Made by a program: the position numbers and the translations under genes
The notes under the pieces: model-generated
Told to the model about the DNA's origin: nothing
Database searches by the model: none
What the model saw: only the letters and a program-made list of their open reading frames with translations
Origin: a virus
Lineage: Duplodnaviria > Caudoviricetes
Strand: one strand, 5' to 3'
Virus record (IMG/VR): IMGVR_UViG_3300040959_000049
Coordinates: 1-31,958 of that record
Length of the DNA stretch: 31,958 nucleotides
Shown here: piece after piece, positions 24,143 through 31,745 of the stretch
How positions within the stretch are numbered: position 1 is the stretch's first letter
Layout of the letters: every line of letters starts with the position of its first letter

Positions 24143-24326
24143 CTTGTATTCCTAATATGTCTTCATTTTGTTCTGAGTAAATTCGACGTAGTGTACGGAC
24201 TACATCTACTGCACCACGGCGAAAAAAGATTTCACGCTCGGTCATGTTCAGTTCAGGGGAGACATCGGGATACATACGATCAAGATAATCGACTAATACT
24301 TTGTCAATATTAGGTAATTGAGACAT
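24135..24326 (-). CDS. Small hypothetical protein (T7 gp6.5 position)
   Basis: 63 aa; first gene after the promoter at 24344-24361; overlaps the next start. Confidence 0.75.
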   Translation of the reverse strand: MSQLPNIDKVLVDYLDRMYPDVSPELNMTEREIFFRRGAVDVVRTLRRIYSEQNEDILGIQDA

Positions 24327-24343
24327 GAAGTTACCCTTCTAGG

Positions 24344-24361
24344 TCTAGTAACGGTTAAGAT
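24344..24361 (-). promoter_or_regulatory. Putative phage RNAP promoter at the start of the structural region (phi6.5 position)
   Basis: ATCTTAACCGTTACTAGA in the phoH-gp6.5-like gap; shares the ACCRTWWCTAGR core. Confidence 0.7.
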
Positions 24362-25035
24362 TATCCCCAAGCACGTGTCCATTGCGCACAAATACCTGAC
24401 CTAACGACATCATCGTGTGTAAAATTACACACCGCCGCCTCAATATTATGTTTAAATATCAGGTCTATAGCTATGGTTAACCCTGAGTCTTGCTTCAGGT
24501 CGTGCTGCAATAGGTCGCCATTGACTACAACTTTTGTGTCTTCACCTATTCGAGTGAGGAACATCTTCATTTCATGGGGTGTTAAGTTCTGTCCTTCGTC
24601 TAAAATAACAAAGGCATTATTGAATGAGCGACCACGCATAACCTCAAAAGGTACGATCTCAATATCCTTGCGTTTCAAGGCCACCTCGTAGCGGCCCTTG
24701 CCTAGTCGTTGCTCCAATACCTCTGTCAGAGGGACAACCCACGGCGCAATTTTGTCCTCTATGGTTCCCGCAAAGAAACCCAAAGATTTACCTGCCGGTA
24801 TGTTAGGTCGGGTCAGGATAATCTTTGTGACTTGTCGTTTGTTGAACATGTCAGCGGCTATTGCGGCGGCTATGTACGTTTTACCTGTCCCTGCCGGTCC
24901 TGTAACGAACACTTGCGGAAACCTGTAGATACATTCCATGTAGTTTTTTTGCGCTGGGGTTTTGGGTAGGAGAGGCTGCACCTGTTTATTGTCTGAAGCC
25001 TCTCGCACTTTGTCTTTATAGGTTTTCTTACGCAC
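24361..25035 (-). CDS. phoH: PhoH-family ATPase (auxiliary metabolic gene)
   Basis: 224 aa; GPAGTGKT Walker A, IILTRP, LGFFAG, MRGRSF, ILDEGQN, LTRIG, GDLLQHD, VVRS. Confidence 0.93.
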   Translation of the reverse strand: MRKKTYKDKVREASDNKQVQPLLPKTPAQKNYMECIYRFPQVFVTGPAGTGKTYIAAAIAADMFNKRQVTKIILTRPNIPAGKSLGFFAGTIEDKIAPWVVPLTEVLEQRLGKGRYEVALKRKDIEIVPFEVMRGRSFNNAFVILDEGQNLTPHEMKMFLTRIGEDTKVVVNGDLLQHDLKQDSGLTIAIDLIFKHNIEAAVCNFTHDDVVRSGICAQWTRAWG

Positions 25036-25037
25036 CT

Positions 25038-25307
25038 TTATAATTCCATCTCACCTTCAAGTAAGCTGATACGCATTTCGGCGTAACGCATGACCTTGCG
25101 TAGATCAGTTATCTCACTCTCCACCTTGTCTTGCTGTGGGTAAAGTTTGTGACCCGCACGTAGCGCATACTTCACGATGTTACCTGTATGGAAAGGCAGA
25201 TCGTTGCGCATAATGAACGTCACAGGTTCGATCTTGAACCGTGTGTAATGTGAGGGCCGCTTCACGATGTCCTCATCGGTAGTCTCTATAACGTCAAATC
25301 CATTCAT
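25038..25307 (-). CDS. DUF3310-like protein (related to T7 gp1.7 nucleotide kinase domain)
   Basis: VKRPSHY...IEP...GNIVKYALRAGHK...DLRK pattern; start at 25307 gives ATGA overlap with the exonuclease stop. Confidence 0.72.
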   Translation of the reverse strand: MNGFDVIETTDEDIVKRPSHYTRFKIEPVTFIMRNDLPFHTGNIVKYALRAGHKLYPQQDKVESEITDLRKVMRYAEMRISLLEGEMEL

Positions 25308-26035
25308 GGTTCCCACACCTTTAGCGTATCTGTTTCTAGATCGTAATTGTCATACCGCAAAATTCTTGCGACCTGCGCTTGTTGTGTTGCCTCAAAGATA
25401 GACAAATTGGCTTTCTCAAACGCCGCTACCACCGCATCAAAACTACAATCTTTGTCTAAGATTTTGTTAGCTGCGACAGGCCCGACCTTGGGGCAGCCTT
25501 TGTATCCATCTGTGGTGTCACCTGTCAGTGATTGGTATAACCACCAGCGATTAGCTTCCTCTTCAGTTATCTCACGAACTAAAGCCCAATCGGTATCCCA
25601 ATGTTTAGCTGGGAGTGTCTTCATGTCTTTGTCGGCAGAAAAGATAACACGCTCATCTTTGGCGTTAGGGTCTGTCCCATAAATACCAAGTAAATCATCA
25701 CCTTCCAGACCTTCCCTCATGTCATGTTTGTGGTTCTTCATGACATGTTCTCGTAAGAACGGGAGCATCATAGGTTTACGGGATTCCTTACGGTTACCCT
25801 TGTATGATGGCAAGATGTCCTTACGGAAGTTTGTAGGTGATGTCAGACAGAGTAAGTAATCGTCGGCGTTAGTCTGTGACACTATGTTTTCGATAGCCTC
25901 ATCAAAGTCTTTCTTTGTCTTAGCTTCGTCTGCCCACAGCACCCATAGACCGTTGTGAAACCTTGTGGGTTCCTCATTGGTAACTGCGACTTGGTATAGG
26001 GTGATGTCAGCATCAATCAGTATAGTTCTACTCAT
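25304..26035 (-). CDS. 5'-3' exonuclease (T7 gp6-like)
   Basis: ILIDAD, NFRKDILPSYKGNR, LEGDDLLG, SADKDMK, GDTTDGYKGCPKVGPVAA, QAQVARILR. Confidence 0.95.
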   Translation of the reverse strand: MSRTILIDADITLYQVAVTNEEPTRFHNGLWVLWADEAKTKKDFDEAIENIVSQTNADDYLLCLTSPTNFRKDILPSYKGNRKESRKPMMLPFLREHVMKNHKHDMREGLEGDDLLGIYGTDPNAKDERVIFSADKDMKTLPAKHWDTDWALVREITEEEANRWWLYQSLTGDTTDGYKGCPKVGPVAANKILDKDCSFDAVVAAFEKANLSIFEATQQAQVARILRYDNYDLETDTLKVWEP

Positions 26036-26222
26036 GTTTATCTTTCCATTCACCACACCAGTAATCAGGCACTACAGTTTCTGTTTTCGGATACCTTCGA
26101 CAATAGTACGTGCGGAAGTGGTCCTTACCTCTTGTTGAGAAGTAGATACACGCCTCACATAGTTTAGGTTTGGGCTTCCTAGTGGGTTTCGTACCAGTTG
26201 TTGCCGATTTTTGCCTCGCCAT
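26028..26222 (-). CDS. Small four-cysteine protein (CxxC-x15-C-x14-C), probable metal binding
   Basis: LCEACIYF...YCRRYP...DYWCGEW; fills the gap between polymerase and exonuclease; start uncertain (overlaps the pol 3' end). Confidence 0.65.
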   Translation of the reverse strand: MARQKSATTGTKPTRKPKPKLCEACIYFSTRGKDHFRTYYCRRYPKTETVVPDYWCGEWKDKHE

Positions 26223-27972
26223 CTAATTCTACCTTTAGTTTGAAGTGTTCACCGGCTTTCTTGATTGATTGAACACTAAGTTCACCAACCAGTTCTGCTA
26301 CGTCTGCATCACACTCGTATTGATGTTCGTCATGAATGTTTGCCACCACCTGACATTTGTCTTTAAGATGATTAGCGATAAGTGCCTTATCCATTTCGAC
26401 TGCCCATTGCTTACACACTAGCGCACCCGCCCCTTGTAAAAGCAGGTTGAGGCTAGAGTGCGAACTGCGACAATGAAGTAGTCTACCGTCTAAGCCCTTC
26501 AGATACCCACGCTTGCTTGCTTGGGTAACCGCTTTGATTAGCTTGGCTAACGCAGGGGTCCGATCTAGAAACTTGTTCTTTAGCTTCTGACCTTCCTTTG
26601 GACCCTTACCTACAATCTCGCCAATCTTCGCCGCACCTGCCCCGTATAAAAATCCATATATGAAGCGTTTTGAAGCACTCCTGTCAGGAAGACCGGCTGC
26701 TTGCATGTTTACGGTATGGATATCGCCGTTGACGACTTCATAACCATAAGCACCCTCATCGAAACGATGTAAGAAATGGCCTAACATTCTGAGTTCCAAA
26801 CCTGAAACGTCCACACCTACTAGCTTGCGACCTTCAGGAACACAGAACAGTTCACGGCATTCTTTACCGTATGGTTTACCCACTGAAGGTGTCTGGGCCA
26901 CGTTTGGGTATGCGTGGGTCATGCGCGACGATACAGCCCCGTTTGTGTTGACTGAGCCGTGTATACGGTTGTCGTCTTCAACAAGGTTAAGCCATGCGTT
27001 TTTACCTTCAGCCAACATGCCAATACGTTTTTGTAGCATCAGCGACTGCGCGATAGCTTGGGCTTCTTTGTAGGGTAGATTTTCTAGAACGGTTTCATCT
27101 ACCTTGGGTCTACCATCAGGTGTGTACTCGCGTGGCTCCCAGCCGTACTTAGCAATCAAGCGATCAGCTATATGCATACGAGAGTTAGGATTGAAGACAT
27201 TGCAACGTATGACTGTATACGGCGCACCTTCCCACACAGAGTGTCGATCCAAAGTTTTATAGTTAACAGTTTTCTTTGGACGCTTCACGCCGACAGCGGA
27301 GTACCACGGGTCGAATATAGTTTGTAGGTCTGTCTCAATTTTTGCACGTTCTTGCTGAAGGTGCATCAAAAGTTTCTCTGCCTTTGCTACGTCAAAAAGG
27401 AACCCATGACGTTCTTGCTCTGCTACGATCCAAGCAACTTGATGCTCTAGTTCAATAGCAGTAGGCGCATACTCCTTTGCTGAGATTGCTGCCCACAGTT
27501 TTAAAGTGACAGCTACATCCTGTTCGCAGTACGTCTGCATCTGAGGTGACCACTCGGACCAATCCGTAGTTTGACCGAAGTCTCCCTTCAAGACCCCTAA
27601 CCTTTTGCCCCACGCTGCAAGCGAGTGTGAACCTCTAAGTTTAGGTTCAATCTTACCGGCTGCAATTCTAGCACCATCCGTGTCACTTAGGGTGGTCCAG
27701 ATAAGTCGGGTACAAACTAGGGTGTCGATTACCCTGCTACGATCATATCGCCAATCAGGGTAAACCTTTTCCAACGCAGGGAAGTCAAACTTAATACCGT
27801 TGTGGAAGATCAGCTTATCAGCCGCCGCCATACGATCTAACCCTTGTTGGATTTCGTTAGGGCCGTATGAGAACACTTCGTGTGTATCTACGTCTTGTAG
27901 TACCAGACAGTGTACCTTGGTTAGTGTGTCTAACAAACCGTCTGTTTCGATGTCGCCTACATATGTACTCAT
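26179..27972 (-). CDS. Family A DNA polymerase (T7 gp5-like) with 3'-5' exonuclease
   Basis: 597 aa; ExoI DIETDG, ExoII HNGIKFD, ExoIII YCEQDV; motif A DVSGLELR, motif B KRFIYGFLYGAG, motif C IHDE. Confidence 0.97.
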   Translation of the reverse strand: MSTYVGDIETDGLLDTLTKVHCLVLQDVDTHEVFSYGPNEIQQGLDRMAAADKLIFHNGIKFDFPALEKVYPDWRYDRSRVIDTLVCTRLIWTTLSDTDGARIAAGKIEPKLRGSHSLAAWGKRLGVLKGDFGQTTDWSEWSPQMQTYCEQDVAVTLKLWAAISAKEYAPTAIELEHQVAWIVAEQERHGFLFDVAKAEKLLMHLQQERAKIETDLQTIFDPWYSAVGVKRPKKTVNYKTLDRHSVWEGAPYTVIRCNVFNPNSRMHIADRLIAKYGWEPREYTPDGRPKVDETVLENLPYKEAQAIAQSLMLQKRIGMLAEGKNAWLNLVEDDNRIHGSVNTNGAVSSRMTHAYPNVAQTPSVGKPYGKECRELFCVPEGRKLVGVDVSGLELRMLGHFLHRFDEGAYGYEVVNGDIHTVNMQAAGLPDRSASKRFIYGFLYGAGAAKIGEIVGKGPKEGQKLKNKFLDRTPALAKLIKAVTQASKRGYLKGLDGRLLHCRSSHSSLNLLLQGAGALVCKQWAVEMDKALIANHLKDKCQVVANIHDEHQYECDADVAELVGELSVQSIKKAGEHFKLKVELDGEAKIGNNWYETH

Positions 27973-27985
27973 AGCGGCCCCCTAT

Positions 27986-28351
27986 TTAACTGAGTGAATA
28001 ACGTGTGTATTTCTGTCCCGTCACAGGATGGAACTTGACCTTGGACACAATATTGTGGCCCATCTCGCGTAACTCTTGGATACGCTTGGTCAGTGATTGA
28101 ATAGAGTATTCGAGCATCGCTTCACGCACGGTGATTGATCCAGCTTTCTTTAAGTGCTTCATGATCTTGTCGTGTTGTGTTTTACCTGACATCTTTTTCC
28201 ATCCTTTATGTTCAAGTTTCTGGGCTTGGTTATTCCAGTGTGTATATACAGCCGTGTATACATCTGGGTTTTGAGCGGCTAGAACGGCGTACATTTCAGC
28301 CAACTCAAATACTTCATCAGTATTCTTCGAACTCATCTTTTGCGAACTCAT
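27986..28351 (-). CDS. Winged HTH DNA-binding protein; likely internal start at 28192
   Basis: C-terminal TQHDKIMKHLKKAGSITVREAMLEYSIQSLTKRIQELREMGHNI is a phage wHTH pattern; SD-like GGA upstream of Met at 28192. Confidence 0.75.
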   Translation of the reverse strand: MSSQKMSSKNTDEVFELAEMYAVLAAQNPDVYTAVYTHWNNQAQKLEHKGWKKMSGKTQHDKIMKHLKKAGSITVREAMLEYSIQSLTKRIQELREMGHNIVSKVKFHPVTGQKYTRYSLS

Positions 28352-29924
28352 GTTCTGACAATCGACCAGTGTCTTTGTCGTAATACAGTTTGGTTGCTAT
28401 CCCTGTCTCACCGCTGAACCTGTTCTTGAGAACACGCACGGTAACTTGGTTAGCAGCCTCTTGGTCTTGTTGATTACGCTCTAGGCCAATGACGGAGTCT
28501 GAGAGTTGCGCGATACTGGCTGACCCCCGTAAAGCGTTCAAACTTGTGATTAGACCTTCCTCCCACCCACGGTTACCTTCGGGTCGCCGCAAGTGTGACA
28601 CAAGTATAAGTCCTATACCTGTCTCCTCTACAAGAGAGCGAAGCTGGGTCATCAAAACATCGATAGTTTTCCGCTCATCACCATCATCAATGCCTGAAAC
28701 AACAATACTGAGGTGATCGAGGACAACCCACCCAACATCACAGCCTTTGGCAAGGTATCTGATTTTGTCGAGAAGATTGGTCGCAAGCATAGAGCCGAAA
28801 TGATCGTAGAGGTAAACACGACCAGAACCAACGGTGTCACTGAAAGCAGACTTGAGATCAGCATTTGACACTCCTTCCTTGGATAAGTGTAAAGGTTTAT
28901 CGATTGCCAATCCCATGAGGCCAAGCGCGGTACGCTTGACGTTCTCTTCTAGGGCAACATAGCCGACAGTCTCGTCTTGTTTGATTAGATGATAAGCAAT
29001 CTCACGGCACACTTGTGACTTACCCACGCCTGAACCAGCGGTCAGTGTAATAAGTTCACCTTTGCGTAAACCGTGTGTTAATTTGTTCAGACCATCGTAA
29101 GGCCACGGGATACTTTCCGTGTTGTCCTCTGAGATCAGGTCATCCCAAATGTCTATACCGTTGATGATACCATCAGGTCGGTATGGTTTTGCTTCGTGAT
29201 AAGCTGAAATAATTTCTTTAGCCTGACCCTTCATCAATAGTTCTGATGGGTCTTTGGCTGGGAGTTCAGCTATGAAAGCTTGGTTAGGTTTCAGTAGAGC
29301 GGCGATCTCAGATGCAGCTTTTGTTCCCGCCTCGTCGCTGTCCATCATAATGATGACTTTCTTGAACGAGGATACGAACTCTAACTCTTTCTTGATCGCA
29401 CGGGCCGCACCCGCTGCGCCTTGTGGTATGCTAACCACAGGCCAGTTGTTGGTGGATGATATCGCTTGTGATACAGATAACGTGTCTATCTCACCCTCTG
29501 TGATGACAAGTATCTTACCGCCCTCTTTCCACAGGTGCTGCCCGAACAATCCGCATTCCTTGGCATTACCAAGCATGAGAAAGTCTTTGTTTGGAAACCT
29601 AATCTTTTGTGCAATGATTTGACCATTGCGTTTGTAGTTGGCTACCTGAACTGTCTGACCCTTGTAGGTCGAGATTGAATAGCCAAACTTACGACACGTG
29701 TCCTCTCTGATCTTACGTTTGACGAGAGAATTGAACTGACCCACAGGTATTAGATCAGGGGCTAGTCGTGGTTGTGTCTTTGGTTTTTCACTTGCGCTGG
29801 GCGTATGTGTCTCACATGAGAAACAAAAGAAGTGACCATCTGAATACTCAGCGTTTGCATCTGATGACCCACAGTTGTCACAAGGGCCGTGTTGTATCAA
29901 AGAACTTTGTTCCTGAGTATCCAT
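28317..29924 (-). CDS. Primase-helicase (T7 gp4-like)
   Basis: 535 aa; Zn ribbon CDNC...CFSC, TOPRIM ITEGEID and DSDEAG, Walker A AGSGVGKS, LDHL, VSHL, LRGSASIAQLSD, KNRFSG. Confidence 0.97.
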   Translation of the reverse strand: MDTQEQSSLIQHGPCDNCGSSDANAEYSDGHFFCFSCETHTPSASEKPKTQPRLAPDLIPVGQFNSLVKRKIREDTCRKFGYSISTYKGQTVQVANYKRNGQIIAQKIRFPNKDFLMLGNAKECGLFGQHLWKEGGKILVITEGEIDTLSVSQAISSTNNWPVVSIPQGAAGAARAIKKELEFVSSFKKVIIMMDSDEAGTKAASEIAALLKPNQAFIAELPAKDPSELLMKGQAKEIISAYHEAKPYRPDGIINGIDIWDDLISEDNTESIPWPYDGLNKLTHGLRKGELITLTAGSGVGKSQVCREIAYHLIKQDETVGYVALEENVKRTALGLMGLAIDKPLHLSKEGVSNADLKSAFSDTVGSGRVYLYDHFGSMLATNLLDKIRYLAKGCDVGWVVLDHLSIVVSGIDDGDERKTIDVLMTQLRSLVEETGIGLILVSHLRRPEGNRGWEEGLITSLNALRGSASIAQLSDSVIGLERNQQDQEAANQVTVRVLKNRFSGETGIATKLYYDKDTGRLSEHEFAKDEFEEY

Positions 29925-29933
29925 GAGCGTTTC

Positions 29934-30359
29934 CTATCTGAAAGGTGTGAGATCAAGAGCGGGACCAGTAGTACGCTGTCGCCGTACTTCTTTGCGTCCA
30001 AGTACCTGTAATTCAGGATACGATTTTCTAGATACGGTGATTAACTCTTTCAGGGCTGCTTTTTGTTCATCCGTGAAGTTGTCTTCAGGTTCACCCTCTA
30101 TGTTCTTTCCACCGACTAAACAGACAGCTATCGATAGATAATCATAGACACCGGTCAGCGGCGATACGCGGTCCAGTGTTCTACCTGTTTGCACACTTCC
30201 ATCACGTGTGATGACGTAATGGTATCGACAACCGAAATACCCTTTCGAGCGATCTCGGTTGTCTAAGTTTTGCGCATCGATTTCTATGTTAGGTGTCGTG
30301 CCTGTGTGATCGATGATCATGTAGAGCGTTTGTTCACGCTTCTTATTGTTGTTGTACAT
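29934..30359 (-). CDS. T7 gp3.5 lysozyme/amidase homologue with degenerate active site
   Basis: YHYVITRDGSVQTGR, SIAVCLVGG, DNFTDEQ align with T7 gp3.5; Zn ligands substituted; gp3-gp3.5-gp4 synteny. Start placed at MYNNNKKREQT. Confidence 0.85.
   Translation of the reverse strand: MYNNNKKREQTLYMIIDHTGTTPNIEIDAQNLDNRDRSKGYFGCRYHYVITRDGSVQTGRTLDRVSPLTGVYDYLSIAVCLVGGKNIEGEPEDNFTDEQKAALKELITVSRKSYPELQVLGRKEVRRQRTTGPALDLTPFR
30027..30044 (-). promoter_or_regulatory. Putative phage RNAP promoter inside the gp3.5-like gene, upstream of primase-helicase
   Basis: TTAATCACCGTATCTAGA; 30024-30048 matches 31694-31718 at 22 of 25 positions. Confidence 0.72.
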
Positions 30360-30363
30360 GTAT

Positions 30364-30813
30364 TCATTCTCGTAGCCATTCATCCGGCACAGAACCATCA
30401 GCATACTTGAAGCCGTGCTTCTCGCACCACATTGCATACGTGGTCTTTGATTGCTTGCTGATCTTCTGGCGTGAGTTCGAGAATACGAACCGAATGTCTA
30501 TGTCTGGGTGTTGGTCTTTAATCAATAAATGTTTTTGTCTATCTGCCGTAAGGAACCGGCCCTTAGATTCAATTACTAAAGGCCGCTTCTTAGATGTACC
30601 ATCAGGACGTTTTTGTATAATAAAGTCAGGTGTGTACTTACTCTGTCGAGCTGGTTTGACGTAGTGTATCGCTTCCTCTTCGTATGTGAAGCAACACCCT
30701 GTGTCTTGTAGCTCTTTTGAGATTCGTTCTTCTAATCCTGAACGAAACCCATATTTCAGACCAACAGCTTTCTTAGAAGTCGTCGTAGACTTCCTCTTCT
30801 TGCGCTGTGTCAT
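30364..30813 (-). CDS. Endonuclease I / Holliday junction resolvase (T7 gp3-like)
   Basis: FRSGLEE, YTPDF, IESKGRF, DRQKHLLIKDQHPDIDIRFVF, YAMWCEKHGF. Confidence 0.96.
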   Translation of the reverse strand: MTQRKKRKSTTTSKKAVGLKYGFRSGLEERISKELQDTGCCFTYEEEAIHYVKPARQSKYTPDFIIQKRPDGTSKKRPLVIESKGRFLTADRQKHLLIKDQHPDIDIRFVFSNSRQKISKQSKTTYAMWCEKHGFKYADGSVPDEWLRE

Positions 30814-31369
30814 CTATTGTTCCGAATTTGTATTCTGTTGTCTCGCCCTCAAAGCCCTCATGTTTCTGAAAGCCAAAGTTCTCACCTGAACTTGCACCAC
30901 CTTCAACAAGGTTAATGATCTGGACTGCCAAGGGTTGTAAGCTTACGCCTTTCTTGCCCCCTGCCGACCACTCGTAGATCGACGCTGAGACATACAACTC
31001 AGTGCCGCCGTATGGGTTCAGATCAACAGGGTTCATCTTGGCATCGAATTGTTTTGGTCGTCGGTCCCAGAGTTCGCCATCGCGGCGGCGCACATTCTTG
31101 ACTGAGCATTTGAAGATGACGTTACCTGTCTCTTCGCCTGTCTCTTCATCCACTTCCATTTTCCACATGGTGTTCTCAGCTTTAGGTGGTGCCTTACCTG
31201 TGTGTCGCTTGTGGATTTCTGTAAGTTTTTCCATCGTGCTTGTCGCTTCCTTGAGAGGAACACTGACATTGCATTTGTAGATGCCTAGATCATGGAACTT
31301 GGTGTCTGCAATTTTAAGTGCTGGATAAATGGCACGACCAAGAGGCAATGAAATTCTAGTGTCTGACAT
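30773..31369 (-). CDS. Single-stranded DNA-binding protein (T7 gp2.5-like)
   Basis: DTKF...GIYK, PKQFDA, GVSLQPLAVQIINLVEG, acidic tail ending in Phe (EEEVYDDF); start placed at MSDTRI. Confidence 0.9.
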   Translation of the reverse strand: MSDTRISLPLGRAIYPALKIADTKFHDLGIYKCNVSVPLKEATSTMEKLTEIHKRHTGKAPPKAENTMWKMEVDEETGEETGNVIFKCSVKNVRRRDGELWDRRPKQFDAKMNPVDLNPYGGTELYVSASIYEWSAGGKKGVSLQPLAVQIINLVEGGASSGENFGFQKHEGFEGETTEYKFGTIDDTAQEEEVYDDF

Positions 31370-31568
31370 GTTTGAACATACCTTCAATTTTTTGTGTGAT
31401 TTCGAAAATGCCTGACAGATGTGACCATGAGAGACTAATGTGGTCCTCTAGTCCCATGTTGTCAGTTTGGGTTAGGTGGAAGCCCTCGACATCTACGATG
31501 ACTGTGATTGGTAAACTTTCCTGATCATCAATCTCGTAGATGTGAGGCTCGAAGCGTGTTTTAGCCAA
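31356..31568 (-). CDS. Hypothetical protein, 70 aa (TTG start)
   Basis: SD GAGGA upstream of TTG; overlaps neighbours in tight phage packing. Confidence 0.6.
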   Translation of the reverse strand: MAKTRFEPHIYEIDDQESLPITVIVDVEGFHLTQTDNMGLEDHISLSWSHLSGIFEITQKIEGMFKHVRH

Positions 31569-31680
31569 AGTCGTATTCCTCGGCTTTCTTCAACGCTTCC
31601 TGTTTTGTGACGTTGTGGGCAATGACGATACCGCCCACGACTACTGTGTAGCTTCCTGATTTGTTGTATATGTTAACCAT
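31561..31680 (-). CDS. Small hypothetical protein, 39 aa; absent from ORF track
   Basis: Manual translation MVNIYNKSGSYTVVVGGIVIAHNVTKQEALKKAEEYDFG*; SD GAGG 6 nt before ATG; first gene after a promoter copy. Confidence 0.75.
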   Translation of the reverse strand: MVNIYNKSGSYTVVVGGIVIAHNVTKQEALKKAEEYDFG

Positions 31681-31696
31681 ATGAAACCTCGCGTTT

Positions 31697-31714
31697 TCTA
31701 GTAATGGTGATTAA
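31697..31714 (-). promoter_or_regulatory. Putative phage RNAP promoter just downstream of the RNAP gene (phi1.1 position)
   Basis: TTAATCACCATTACTAGA in the intergenic gap; near-identical copy at 30027-30044. Confidence 0.78.
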
Positions 31715-31745
31715 CTCTATCGGTACTGTTACGTTAGCGTAAGTA

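Noticed and set aside
1467-29924. Introns or inteins in RNR, polymerase or helicase
   Set aside because: Frames are continuous, lengths are normal or short, and no splicing motifs or embedded endonuclease were seen.
376-31280. All plus-strand ORFs in the track and short alternate-frame minus ORFs (e.g. 2183-2638, 28652-28924, 31033-31269)
   Set aside because: They lie antisense to or inside well-supported genes, show no recognisable motifs, and look like codon-bias shadows.
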